Shown: piece by piece, positions 17,616 to 27,466 of the stretch
How positions within the stretch are numbered: position 1 is the first letter of the stretch
How the letters are laid out: every line of letters begins with the position of its first letter
NCBI GenBank assembly: GCA_009886115.1
Contig: VFJJ01000191.1
Span: 1-39,256 of the forward strand
From: Actinomycetota bacterium
GTDB lineage: Bacteria; Actinomycetota; Acidimicrobiia; IMCC26256; VFJJ01
DNA: 39,256 bases
Direction: 5' to 3'
The notes under the pieces: generated by a model
Databases searched by the model: none
What the model was told of the DNA's origin: nothing
What the model saw: only the letters and a program-made list of their open reading frames with translations
Translations under genes and position numbers: made by a program

Positions 17616-18014
17616 ATGCTCGAGGTGGGATCGATCGAGACGCTCACGTACGTGGTCGGCGCTGACGACCTGGCATCGACGGTCGGGGTCGCGAGCGGCG
17701 ACGTGTTCCCGGCCGTGCTGGCGACGGCCCGGTTGGTGGCGTTGATGGAGGTGACCGCGGCCCGGTTGCTGACGCCGCTCCTTGGCGAGGGCGAGATGTC
17801 GGTGGGGGTCAGCATCGACATGCGCCACTCGGCGCCCACGCCCGTCGGGGCGACGGTCGAGGTGGTCGCCAGCTACCGCGGTCACGAAGGCTCCTTGCAC
17901 CGCTTCGAGATCGAGGCTGCCGACCCCGGCGGCCCGATCGGTCGGGCCAGCCACGAACGGGCCATCGTCGACGCCGCCCGCATCATGGCCCGTGCCGCCG
18001 AACGTCGCGCCTGA
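17616..18014 (+). CDS. Hotdog-fold thioesterase, fluoroacetyl-CoA thioesterase (FlK)-like
   Basis: VLAT.RLVALME, SVGVSIDMRHSAPTPVG, H.RAIVD; the FlK-type Thr/Glu/His residues are present. Confidence 0.85.
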   Translation: MLEVGSIETLTYVVGADDLASTVGVASGDVFPAVLATARLVALMEVTAARLLTPLLGEGEMSVGVSIDMRHSAPTPVGATVEVVASYRGHEGSLHRFEIEAADPGGPIGRASHERAIVDAARIMARAAERRA

Positions 18015-18124
18015 GCGAGGGGAGACGCCGTGTGTGGTGGCTCGTGTACCAAAGGCGTCGACGACCTCGGTGCTGCCGGTGTGATCCCGCGGCGGCACCC
18101 TGATCGACTCGACCGCACCACCAC

Positions 18125-20482
18125 ATGAGCCAGGACCCCCCCGCAGGCCCCGCAGGCCCCGAAGGCGCCGCCGTGTCGAGCGGGCCCCCCGTCGGGCCGA
18201 ACCTACGCCGGCTCCTCGCGCCCGCCACCCTGGCTGTGGTGGGCGCCAACGAGAAGCTCGGGATGTCGAACAACGCCGTCGTGCCCATGCTCGAGGCCGG
18301 CCTGGCCGTGCACCTCGTGAACCCCAGTCGCGAGACGCTCTACGACCAGCTGGCCCATCGCACCCTGAGTGATGTCGTGGCCGAGCACGGGCCCATCGAT
18401 GCCGTGCTGGCTCTGGTGAACGCCGAGCGTGCTGTGGCGCTCGTCGAGGAGGCCGCGGCGCTGGGCTGCGGGGGAGTTGCCGTCGCCGCGGCCGGCTTCG
18501 GCGAGCTGGGCGACGAGGGTCGCCTGCTGCAGGCCCGACTGGTCGATGCCGCCCGCAGCAACGGCCTGGCCGTCATCGGCCCCAACTGCAGCGGTTTCAA
18601 GAACGTCCCGCTCGGTGTGAACCTGTTCACCGGAGGGCGGCTCTCCCTGAAGCCCGGCGGGGTGTCGGTGGTCTCGCAGAGCGGCTTCCTGGTGCGATCG
18701 GCGCTGGCTGCGGGAGCCCAGCGGGGCCTGGGGATCGGCATCGCGATCTCGTCGGGCAACGAGGCCGTCTGCGATCTCGCGGACCATCTCGAGGCGCTCG
18801 TCGACGACGAGCACACCCGTGTCATCTGCTTGGTGATCGAGACGATCCGTCGTCCGGCGGCCTTCTTCGCGGCCGTGGCCCGCGCTCGCAGAGCCGAGAA
18901 GCCCGTGCTGGCGTTGAAGCTGGGCCGCACCGACCGGTCGCGTCGCATCATGGCCTCGCACACCGGCGCCATCGCAGACGCCAGCTGGGTGTACGAGCTG
19001 GCCTTCCGCGAACATGGTGTGCTCTCGGCGCGCGACATCGACGACCTGCTCGACCAGGCTCAGCTCTTCGCCCAGCTGCCACCCTCGCTCTGGAAGCCGA
19101 TCGAGCGAATCGGCGTCATCACCACCTCGGGAGGGGTGGCGGCGCTGGCCGCCGACATCGCAGAGGACGAGCAGGCGCCCGTTCCCCCGCTCGACGAGCT
19201 CGAAGCCTGGGTGCGAGAGCGCGTTCCCGGCGACACCGTGAACCCCCTCGATCTCACCGGCTTCGTGATGACCCGGCGCGACCTCACCGAGGAGCTGTTC
19301 GATCGCTACGCGGAGGCGGTCGACCTGCTCGTGCTGGCGTGGTGGGCCGCAGAGGGCGACGAAGGTTGGAGCACCACACTGCTGGAGCCGTTCGAGGCAG
19401 TGGCCGCCCGATCGTCGACGCCGTTCCTGGTGACGCCGGTCGAAGCCACGGCGGTGGGGGAGTGGACGGGCGCCGTGCGCGAACGCTCGGGAGTGGCGTT
19501 CGCCCGCGGTGTGCAGTCGGTCTACCGGGCCGTACGGGCGCTCAACCGCTACGTCGGCGATCCGCTCCGCGAGCCGGTCGGTGAGCCGGTCCTTGAACCC
19601 ACGACCCCGGCCGCCGGGCCGCTTGGGGCTTCGACAACGCCATCGACTGCGACACCGACGACAGTCGCGCCGCAGCTGACCTCAGCGCCGCCGCCGGTGA
19701 GACTCGTCGACAGCGAGGTTGGGCCCATCGTCGGCTTCGCCGACGCCATGGCGCTGCTGGCCGACGTGGGCATCGCGACTGCGCCCCACGTGGTGATCGC
19801 GGCCGACGCCCGTCCCGCCGATCCCCCGCTCGCGGCGGCACTGGGGGCGCTGGCGTCCCTCGGCGGGCGGTTGGTCGTGAAGCTCGCCGACGTGGCGCAC
19901 CGTACCGAGCTGGGTGCGGTCCGCGTCGGCGTCACGCCATCGGAGCTCGCGGCCACGGTCGACGAGCTGCGGAGCATCGCCACCGGTCACGGCGTACCGT
20001 CGACCGTCGTGGTGCAGCAGATGGTGCAGGGCCACGGCGAGGCCTTCGCCGGGCTCCAGGTGCACACCGATCTGGGCTCGGTGGTGCTCCTTGGGCGCGG
20101 CGGCGTGCTCGTGGAGATCGCCGGGCCGGTGGCCGGCCGCCTGTTGCCGCTCACCCGGCTCGACGCCGAGCGGCTCGTCGAGGAGGTTGCCGGCGCCGCG
20201 GTCTTCGCTCGCCTCCGGGGCCAGCGGGCCTGGGCGGCCGAGCCGCTGGTGAATGCCGTGCTCGGCGTGGCCGAGCTGTCGCGGCGCCACGCCGGTTGGC
20301 TGGCCAGCGTCGACCTCAACCCGCTCATCGTCACCGACACCGGCGTCGTGGCCGTCGATGCGCTCATGGTCGGATCGGTCACGAGCGCCACGCGCCCCTG
20401 GTCGCCCACGAGCCCTACGAGTCCCGCGAGCCCGCACGAGATGTCGACGGGGGCACCGCGTGGGCTCGCAGAGCCGGTCTGA
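18125..20482 (+). CDS. ADP-forming acyl-CoA synthetase (acetate--CoA ligase family; CoA-binding + ligase + ATP-grasp fusion)
   Basis: LAVVGA, IGPNC, VSQSG, SSGNEA, ASHTGA (phospho-His), TTSGG, NPLD, HRTELGAV, DLNPL..VAVDAL. Confidence 0.9.
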   Translation: MSQDPPAGPAGPEGAAVSSGPPVGPNLRRLLAPATLAVVGANEKLGMSNNAVVPMLEAGLAVHLVNPSRETLYDQLAHRTLSDVVAEHGPIDAVLALVNAERAVALVEEAAALGCGGVAVAAAGFGELGDEGRLLQARLVDAARSNGLAVIGPNCSGFKNVPLGVNLFTGGRLSLKPGGVSVVSQSGFLVRSALAAGAQRGLGIGIAISSGNEAVCDLADHLEALVDDEHTRVICLVIETIRRPAAFFAAVARARRAEKPVLALKLGRTDRSRRIMASHTGAIADASWVYELAFREHGVLSARDIDDLLDQAQLFAQLPPSLWKPIERIGVITTSGGVAALAADIAEDEQAPVPPLDELEAWVRERVPGDTVNPLDLTGFVMTRRDLTEELFDRYAEAVDLLVLAWWAAEGDEGWSTTLLEPFEAVAARSSTPFLVTPVEATAVGEWTGAVRERSGVAFARGVQSVYRAVRALNRYVGDPLREPVGEPVLEPTTPAAGPLGASTTPSTATPTTVAPQLTSAPPPVRLVDSEVGPIVGFADAMALLADVGIATAPHVVIAADARPADPPLAAALGALASLGGRLVVKLADVAHRTELGAVRVGVTPSELAATVDELRSIATGHGVPSTVVVQQMVQGHGEAFAGLQVHTDLGSVVLLGRGGVLVEIAGPVAGRLLPLTRLDAERLVEEVAGAAVFARLRGQRAWAAEPLVNAVLGVAELSRRHAGWLASVDLNPLIVTDTGVVAVDALMVGSVTSATRPWSPTSPTSPASPHEMSTGAPRGLAEPV

Positions 20483-20525
20483 CACGCGCGGTTCCGTACG
20501 ATGGTCCTCGACGCCAGGAGATTCC

Positions 20526-21146
20526 ATGACGACCACCCTGCCGCAGACCGACGCCAGCGACGCGATCCGGCCCGCCGTGCCGGCCGGCCTCAGCCATGTC
20601 GCCTACGTCACCCACGACACCGCGGCGACCGTCGACTTCTACCGGCGGCTGCTGGGCATGGAGCTGGTGAACGCCGTGCTCGACGACAAGATCCCCTCGA
20701 CCGGTGATCCCGTCCCGTACTTCCACAGCTTCTTCCGCATGGCTGACGGGTCGACGATCGCCTTCTTCGAAGCGCCCGACCTGCCGCCGGCCGCTGTCGA
20801 CACGCATCCGGCGTACAACGTGTTCCGCCACATCGCGCTCCAGGCCGACAGCCCGGCGACGGTCGACGCCTGGAAGGTGTGGCTCGAGAGCAACGGCGTC
20901 GACGTCCTCGGGCCGGTCGACCACAAGATCATCTACAGCGTCTACTTCCACGATCCCAACGGGATCAGGCTCGAGATCACCACGCCGCTGAGCCCGGCCT
21001 GGAACGACTCGGCGGCATCGGCCCAGGCTGCGTTCGACGACTGGCAGGCCATCAAGCGCACGGCCGTCGAGACCGGGGCCGACATGGTCACGGCACTCGC
21101 CGAGCACACCCGACGTCAGAGCCACCAGAGGACCGAGCCGTCGTAG
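20526..21146 (+). CDS. VOC (glyoxalase/dioxygenase superfamily) protein
   Basis: LSHVAY, DFYRRLLGM, YFHSFF, HIAL, SVYFHDPNGIRLE. AGGAG RBS. Confidence 0.9.
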   Translation: MTTTLPQTDASDAIRPAVPAGLSHVAYVTHDTAATVDFYRRLLGMELVNAVLDDKIPSTGDPVPYFHSFFRMADGSTIAFFEAPDLPPAAVDTHPAYNVFRHIALQADSPATVDAWKVWLESNGVDVLGPVDHKIIYSVYFHDPNGIRLEITTPLSPAWNDSAASAQAAFDDWQAIKRTAVETGADMVTALAEHTRRQSHQRTEPS

Positions 21147-21168
21147 CTCCGTCGGGCCGTGGCGCGCC

Positions 21169-21208
21169 GCGTCGGAGCGCGTCGGATTGCGTCGGATTGC
21201 GTCGGAAC
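21169..21208. repeat. Tandem repeat, 10-bp unit GCGTCGGAnn x4
   Basis: gcgtcggagc gcgtcggatt gcgtcggatt gcgtcggaac, intergenic. Confidence 0.85.
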
Positions 21209-21229
21209 CATGCGAGCTGGAGGAACGTC

Positions 21230-22426
21230 ATGCCGATCGAGCTCCCCAAGATCATCAGCGTCGACGACCACGTGATCGAGCCGCCCCACGTCTGGCAGAC
21301 CTGGCTCCCGGCCAAGCTCCGTGAGCGGGGCCCCCGGATCATCAGACGGGGCCTGGCCGGTGTCGAATGGCTGGGGCCGGCGGCGTACAAGGAGATCTTC
21401 GACGACGATGCCCCGAACAAGGTCGACGTCTGGCACTACGAAGACCTCACGTACACGAACAAGCGCAACATCGCCGCGGCCGGCTACCCCAAGGAGACCT
21501 GGACGACCGATCCGGTCAACTACGACGACATGCGTCCGGGCTGCTACGACGCCAAGGCCCGCTTGGCCGACATGGACGCCAACTGGGTCGAGCGCTCGAT
21601 GATCTTCCCCACGTTCCCGCGGTTTTGCGGCCAGATGTTCAAGGAGGCCCGGGACAAGGACCTGGCGATGGCCTGTGTCGAGGCCTACAACAACTGGCTC
21701 GTCGAGGAGTGGTGCGGCGACTCGGGCGGACGACTCATCCCCATCTGCCTCATCCCCTTGTGGGACGTGCCCGCGGCGGCTGGCGAGGTGCGCCGCAATG
21801 CCGCCCGGGGCGTGCGCGCCGTGGCGTTCAGCGAGATACCCCACCACCTGGGTCTGCCCAGCATCCACACCGATCACTGGAACCCGTTCTTCGAGGCCTG
21901 CGAAGAGACGGGAACGGTCATCTGCATGCACATCGGCTCGTCGTCGAAGATGCCGGCCACCTCGCCCGATGCGCCCATCAGTGTGTCGGCATCGCTGGCG
22001 TTCGGGAACTCCATGGCGTCCATGGTCGATTTCCTGTACTCCGGCGTGCTCGTGCGCTACCCGCGCCTCACGCTGTCGTACGCCGAGAGCCAGATCGGCT
22101 GGCTGCCGTACGTGTTGGAGCGCATCGACGACGTGTGGGACGACAACCAGGCCTGGGCCCAGACCAAGCACATCCCCGAACCCCCGTCGAGCTACTACTA
22201 CTCCAACATCTACGTGAGCTTCTTCAAGGACGAGTCGGGGATCGAGGCGATCCACCGGACGGGCCGCACCAACATCTGCTTCGAGACCGACTACCCCCAC
22301 GGCGACACGACCTGGCCCACCACCAAGCCCTATGCCGAGAAGCTGTTCGCCGATCTGGGCGAGGACGATCTCTACAACGTCGTCCGGGGCAATGCCTTGC
22401 GGATGCTCGGGATGCGCGACTCCTGA
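21230..22426 (+). CDS. Amidohydrolase_2 family protein
   Basis: IISVDDHVIEP, RLADMD, AYNNW, MHIGS, AESQIGW, FETDYPHGD. GGAGG RBS. Confidence 0.92.
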   Translation: MPIELPKIISVDDHVIEPPHVWQTWLPAKLRERGPRIIRRGLAGVEWLGPAAYKEIFDDDAPNKVDVWHYEDLTYTNKRNIAAAGYPKETWTTDPVNYDDMRPGCYDAKARLADMDANWVERSMIFPTFPRFCGQMFKEARDKDLAMACVEAYNNWLVEEWCGDSGGRLIPICLIPLWDVPAAAGEVRRNAARGVRAVAFSEIPHHLGLPSIHTDHWNPFFEACEETGTVICMHIGSSSKMPATSPDAPISVSASLAFGNSMASMVDFLYSGVLVRYPRLTLSYAESQIGWLPYVLERIDDVWDDNQAWAQTKHIPEPPSSYYYSNIYVSFFKDESGIEAIHRTGRTNICFETDYPHGDTTWPTTKPYAEKLFADLGEDDLYNVVRGNALRMLGMRDS

Positions 22427-22447
22427 CGCCCGCGAGCGCCCCATCGG

Positions 22448-23521
22448 TCATCCCTCGGCGCGGCGCGGGCGCCGGAGGGCTCGGAGTCGCAGCTCCCGTC
22501 CCCCGGTGATGCCGCGGGGACGCACGAGGATCACGATCATCATGACCACGGCGATCGCGATGTTGCTCGAGCTGGCCGGCAGCGTGACGTCGATCCCGAC
22601 GACCGAGAGGCCCTTCTCGCCCTCGAACAACAGGGAGTTCAGGAGGCTCACGAAGAGGCCCCCGACGACCGCTCCCCAGAGGCTGTCGATCCCGCCCACG
22701 ACGAGCATCGCCAGGGTCAAGAACGTGAGCTCCAGGTACACCTGGTCGACGCTCACGCTGCCAAGCAGGTGCACGTAGACCGCACCGGCGAAGCCGGCGA
22801 CGGCGCCGCTCAGGGCGAAGGCGATGAGCCGTTCCTTGTACACGCCGATCCCGCTGCCCCTGGCGGCCGCGGGGTCTTCGCGTGACGCGCGGAGCCGGCG
22901 GCCCCATCGGCTGGCCTGGTACGCGTACGCGACGCCGATGCACACGAGCAGGGCGACGGTGGCCTGCGTCAGCCCGGTGGTCTGAGGGATCGACGGGATG
23001 GCCTTGGCGCCGGGGCCGACGCCGCTCCAGTTGCGCAGCACGTTGCGAGTGATGCCCAGGACGGCGAAGGTGGCGATCCCCGCGCCCAGCCCCGACAAGC
23101 GCACCAGCGCCGTCCCGACGACCAGCGCGAAGATCCCGCCGACCAGCGCGCCGAGAGCGAGCGATGCGACGTTGCCGAGATCGTTGTCGCGAATGAAGCC
23201 GAACAGCTCGGGGAACACCGTGGCCTTCTGTTGCGCGGGCATGCTCATGATCCCGGCGGCGAAGGCGCCCACGCCCACGAAGCTGACGTGCCCGAAGCTC
23301 ACGATGCCCGAGTTCCCGCTGAAGACCGAGAGACCGACGACCATGGCGGTCGTCACCAGCGCGGTGTGGAGTTGGAGCTGCACGCTGTCGCTGAAGGCGG
23401 ACGAGGCGACGCCAACGACGATCGTGAGCGCGACCGGCCCCGCCAGGGGTACGAGGTGCCGTCCGAGCACGAGCCTCGCGGGCCGACGACCGACGAGTGC
23501 GGTCGTCTCGGGCGCGCTCAC
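22448..23521 (-). CDS. livM: Liv-type ABC transporter permease (LivM-like)
   Basis: Hydrophobic; SGIVSFGH, GRRLRASRED..AA...GI, MLVVGG, RPRGI. Confidence 0.88.
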   Translation of the reverse strand: MSAPETTALVGRRPARLVLGRHLVPLAGPVALTIVVGVASSAFSDSVQLQLHTALVTTAMVVGLSVFSGNSGIVSFGHVSFVGVGAFAAGIMSMPAQQKATVFPELFGFIRDNDLGNVASLALGALVGGIFALVVGTALVRLSGLGAGIATFAVLGITRNVLRNWSGVGPGAKAIPSIPQTTGLTQATVALLVCIGVAYAYQASRWGRRLRASREDPAAARGSGIGVYKERLIAFALSGAVAGFAGAVYVHLLGSVSVDQVYLELTFLTLAMLVVGGIDSLWGAVVGGLFVSLLNSLLFEGEKGLSVVGIDVTLPASSSNIAIAVVMMIVILVRPRGITGGRELRLRALRRPRRAEG

Positions 23522-24399
23522 AGCCGCGACGTCACGGTCTCGCGTTGGAACAGCCCACTCGGGCGCACGAGCAGCACGACGATCACGAGCCCGTAGAGCG
23601 CCGAGTCGAGGAAGACCCGCTGCCCCTTGGGTAACAGGCTGAACAGCATCGAGTTGGCGAAGCCGATGAAGAACCCGCCGAGGGTGGCCGAGCTGGGCTT
23701 GTCCATCCCGCCCACCACGACCCCGACGAGAGCGAGGATGGCGATCTGGAGCCCGAAGTCGGGGGTGACGACGGGGCGCTGCGGAGCGAACAACACCAGT
23801 GCGGCCGTGGCGAGCACCCCGGCGATGACGAACGCGCCGACGACGACGTGATTGGCCCGGACCCCCAGCGCCTGGGCGATGCGTTCGTCGCTGGCAGTGG
23901 CGCGCATCTGCAACCCGAGGTCGGTACGGTCGAGGAACAGCGTGACGGCGCCGAGCAGCACCCCACCCACGACGACCGCGGCGATCGTGAGGTACTTGAT
24001 CCGCAGCTCGCCGATCGTGAAGGCCTGGTTCAAGTCGGTGAACAGGTTCATGGTCTTGCCCTGGGCCGACCAGCGCTTCTGGGCGATGCTGCGGAGGAGG
24101 AAGCTCACCGCGAACGTCATCACCAGGGTCGTGGTGGGCGAGGCCCGTCGCAACGGACGCAAGGCCAGGCGCTCCATCAGCAACGCCACGGCGATCACCA
24201 CGGCCAGGGCCGTGAGCACCCTGAGGACGGCCGGCCAGCCGTTGGTCTCGTAGAGGGTGTACCCGCCGGCCATGAGGAGCTCACCGTGGGCCAGGTTCAC
24301 GATCCGCATCACGCCGAAGACGAGCCCGATGCCCAGGGCCACGAGCGCGTAGAGCGAACCCAGGGCGATGGCGTCGATCAGGTACTGGACGTACTTCAT
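23518..24399 (-). CDS. livH: Liv-type ABC transporter permease (LivH-like)
   Basis: GSLYALVALGIGLVFGVMRIVNLAHGE, GLQMRA, VVVGG, RPSGLF. Confidence 0.92.
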   Translation of the reverse strand: MKYVQYLIDAIALGSLYALVALGIGLVFGVMRIVNLAHGELLMAGGYTLYETNGWPAVLRVLTALAVVIAVALLMERLALRPLRRASPTTTLVMTFAVSFLLRSIAQKRWSAQGKTMNLFTDLNQAFTIGELRIKYLTIAAVVVGGVLLGAVTLFLDRTDLGLQMRATASDERIAQALGVRANHVVVGAFVIAGVLATAALVLFAPQRPVVTPDFGLQIAILALVGVVVGGMDKPSSATLGGFFIGFANSMLFSLLPKGQRVFLDSALYGLVIVVLLVRPSGLFQRETVTSRL

Positions 24400-25214
24400 C
24401 GGCGCACCGGATCGTCGGCTGGTGTCCCCACCTTCGGCGTGCCTCCGGTCGGCGTGCCGGCACCGGCGACGGCGCGCGTGTCGGCGCCGAAGTACGCAGC
24501 GCGAAGCCGCTCGGCGTCGGTGGCATCGGCAGCGACGAGGCGGTCACGCACGACGCCGTCGGCGAGAACGTAGGTCCGGTCGGCGAAGGCGATGGCCCGC
24601 TGGGCCCGCTGTTCGACGAGCACGATCGTGCGACCCGACTCCCTGATGGCCGCCAGCGCGGCGAAGACGGTGTCGATGACGGTCGGGGCCAAGCCGAGCG
24701 ACGGCTCGTCGAGGAGCAGCACGTCGGGCTCGGCGACGATCGCCCTGGCGATGGCGAGCTGTTGCTGCTGGCCCCCTGAAAGCAGCCCGGCCGGCCGATC
24801 GAGGAAGGTCTTGACGATCGGGAACTGCTCGAAGACCGCGTCGAGCGCTTCGGCGGCACCGGTCCTGGACCGACGGGCGACCATCCCGAGCCGCAGGTTC
24901 TCGTGGACGGTGAGGTCGGCGAAGATCTGACGGCCCTCGGGAACCAGGGCGATTCCCCGCCGAGCGACCTCGTCGGACGAACGCTTGCGGAGCGACTCAC
25001 CGTCGAGGCGCACGTCGCCCGCCGACCAGGCGACCATCCGCATGACCGCCGAGAGGACGGTGGTCTTGCCCGCGCCGTTGGGGCCGACGATGGCCACGAC
25101 CTCACCGGCCGCCACGGTCAGAGAGAGCTCGCGTACGGCCGGCACCGACCCGTAGCGCACGCTCAGGCAGTCGATCTCGAGGATGGGTCGTGTCGCCTGG
25201 ACGCTCACCGACAC
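24396..25214 (-). CDS. livF: Liv-type ABC transporter ATP-binding protein (LivF-like)
   Basis: GPNGAGKT, VPEGRQIF, LSGGQQQ, LLDEPSLGLAP, LVEQ. Start at 25214 or 25208. Confidence 0.92.
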   Translation of the reverse strand: MSVSVQATRPILEIDCLSVRYGSVPAVRELSLTVAAGEVVAIVGPNGAGKTTVLSAVMRMVAWSAGDVRLDGESLRKRSSDEVARRGIALVPEGRQIFADLTVHENLRLGMVARRSRTGAAEALDAVFEQFPIVKTFLDRPAGLLSGGQQQQLAIARAIVAEPDVLLLDEPSLGLAPTVIDTVFAALAAIRESGRTIVLVEQRAQRAIAFADRTYVLADGVVRDRLVAADATDAERLRAAYFGADTRAVAGAGTPTGGTPKVGTPADDPVRR

Positions 25215-25218
25215 CCGC

Positions 25219-25971
25219 TCACGAGACGCCGATCCCGGTGACGTCGAGCACGCCCAGGTAGGCCTCGGCCACGGCTGGATGGGCGCGGATCTCGTCGGGT
25301 GTCCCCTCGGCCAGGGTCTGGCCCTGGTCGAGCACGTGGATGCGATCGCACACCCCCAGCACCAGGGCCACGTTGTGATCGATCAGCACCACGCCCGCGG
25401 AGCGCTCGTCGCGTACCAGCCGGATCGCCGCGGCGAACCCGCCGATCTCCTCCTCGTTGAGCCCGGCCGCGGGCTCGTCGAGGAACACGAACGTGGGCGA
25501 CGTGGCCAGCGCTCGGGCCACACCCAGGAGGCGCTCGTCGCCGTGGGAGAGCGATGCGGCGTCACGTCGGGCCTGCGCGGCGATGCCCACCAGCTCGAGG
25601 AGCTCGGTGCCCCGCTGGCGTGCGGTCCGGGCCGAGGCACCCACCCCGAGGGCGGCGACCTCCACGTTCTCCTGCACCGACAACGCCCCGAAGGTGTGGC
25701 CGTGCTGGAAGGTCCGGGCCAGCCCGGCTCTGACCCGCCGGTGCGCCGGCCAGGTGGTGATGTCGACGTCGTCGAGGAGAACACTCCCCGCTGTGGGACG
25801 GTCGAAGCCCGTCACCAGGTTCACGAAGGTCGACTTGCCGGCCCCGTTGGGCCCGATGAGGCCGACGACCTCGTGGCGGTGCACCGTGAGGTCGATGCCG
25901 TCGAGCGCCCGGACCCCTGCGTAGGAGCGGCTGAGGGCCGTCGCACGCAGCGATCCGTTGCGCTCGTTCAT
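25219..25971 (-). CDS. livG: Liv-type ABC transporter ATP-binding protein (LivG-like)
   Basis: GLIGPNGAGKST, ARTFQ, LDEPAAGL, IDHN, EAYLG. Start at ATG 25971. Confidence 0.92.
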   Translation of the reverse strand: MNERNGSLRATALSRSYAGVRALDGIDLTVHRHEVVGLIGPNGAGKSTFVNLVTGFDRPTAGSVLLDDVDITTWPAHRRVRAGLARTFQHGHTFGALSVQENVEVAALGVGASARTARQRGTELLELVGIAAQARRDAASLSHGDERLLGVARALATSPTFVFLDEPAAGLNEEEIGGFAAAIRLVRDERSAGVVLIDHNVALVLGVCDRIHVLDQGQTLAEGTPDEIRAHPAVAEAYLGVLDVTGIGVS

Positions 25972-26035
25972 GATCGGCCGGAGTCCCGGGATTCGAGGGC
26001 CGTCACCACGCGTCCTGTCACCCGCCGGGATCCGG

Positions 26036-27307
26036 TCAGGAGATGACCGCGGGTGACGTGGCGGCCAGCAGCTCACCGAACGTGGCCACCCCGTCCTGGA
26101 AGGTCATCATGCGGTACTCACGCCCGAAGACCGTGTGGAGCTCGGGCGAGAAGCTGATGTTGCCCGAGATGGTCGGCAGCCCCGAGAAGCTCTCGAACTC
26201 GGCGGCCAAGGCGGCACCGTCGGTGGAGCCGGCCGCCTCGATCGCGGCCACGATGGCCTCGATGGCCGCAGCGCCGGTCACGAAGCCGCCGGTCGCCGGG
26301 GCCGAGCCTGCGTCCTCCATGGCCGCGATGAGCCCGTTCATCTCGGCGCTCGGATCGTCGCCGAACACCGATGCGTACGTGCTGAACGTGAAGTCGCTCA
26401 GGCCCTCGGGGATCCAGAAGTTCCCGTCGCCCGACCACGGGCTGAAGATCGGGGTGTCGATGCCGGCGTCGCGGATGCCGCCCACGGCGATGCTGATGTC
26501 GGGCGGGAACGTGCACAGGGCGATCACGTCGGCCTCGCCGGCTTGCGACACGGCAGTGGCCAGGTTGTTGACCGAACCGTCGAACGACGCGAAGCCCTCC
26601 TCGGCGATGACTTCGCCGCCGAGCTCCTCGAAGCGGGCGGTGAACGCCTGACAGACGTTCTGGAAGTACACGAGCAGGTTGTCGGGCACGACGATGGCGC
26701 TCGAGTGACCCTGGGCGATCGCGTACTCGGCCAACACCGCGCCCTCGTCCTGCGCGAGGTTGCCGATGCTGAAGGCGAGACGACCGGGCTCACCGAAACG
26801 CGACGGGCCCATCTGGTCGGTGCCGATGCACGGCGCGATCGTGAGGAGCCCGGCGCTGATGCCCTCCTGGATGGCCGGAGTGGCGAAGTCGACGTCGCAG
26901 GTGGTGAGCAGCACGTCGGCACCACCCTGGATGAGATCGAGCGCGGCGGCCTTGGTCTCGGCCGGATCGAGCGCGGTGTCGACGAACCGCAGCTCGAGCT
27001 GGCGCCCGAGCACGCCTCCTGCGGCGTTGACCGTGTCGACGGTGATCTGAGCTGCGGCCAGGGCCGGGCCGTCGAACGGCGCCATGTTCCCCGTGAGGTC
27101 GATGGCCGCGCCGATCACGATGGGATCGGTGCTGGCGGCCGCGGTGGCCGAGGTGTCGGTGGCGCCTGAGGCCGCCGTGGTCGCCGAGGTCGCTGACGTG
27201 TCAGCCTCGCCACCGGTGGCGTCATCGTCGTCGTCGCCGCAGGCCGCGGCGAACAACGCCACGACGCCGACCGCCGCGATGAGTCGAACAAGAGCTCTCC
27301 TGCGCAT
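26036..27307 (-). CDS. ABC transporter substrate-binding lipoprotein (Peripla_BP_6/LivJ-like)
   Basis: Signal MRRRALVRLIAAVGVVALFAAAC lipobox, acidic/Thr linker, PIVIGA, NAAGGVLGRQLE. AAGGAAAGGG upstream of ATG 27307. Confidence 0.9.
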   Translation of the reverse strand: MRRRALVRLIAAVGVVALFAAACGDDDDDATGGEADTSATSATTAASGATDTSATAAASTDPIVIGAAIDLTGNMAPFDGPALAAAQITVDTVNAAGGVLGRQLELRFVDTALDPAETKAAALDLIQGGADVLLTTCDVDFATPAIQEGISAGLLTIAPCIGTDQMGPSRFGEPGRLAFSIGNLAQDEGAVLAEYAIAQGHSSAIVVPDNLLVYFQNVCQAFTARFEELGGEVIAEEGFASFDGSVNNLATAVSQAGEADVIALCTFPPDISIAVGGIRDAGIDTPIFSPWSGDGNFWIPEGLSDFTFSTYASVFGDDPSAEMNGLIAAMEDAGSAPATGGFVTGAAAIEAIVAAIEAAGSTDGAALAAEFESFSGLPTISGNISFSPELHTVFGREYRMMTFQDGVATFGELLAATSPAVIS

Positions 27308-27466
27308 GGTGTCCCTTTCCTTTGACGGCTCAGCCGCCACCAGGCGGGGGTCTACGCGCCTCTCGACGAGTCGACGCCCCGCTCGTGCCCCCTGTGCCAC
27401 CGGCGCTCCCCCGGCCGGTGCAGCCCGAGCAGTATGGCAAAGCCGGACCCGGCTCGGACAGTTCAA

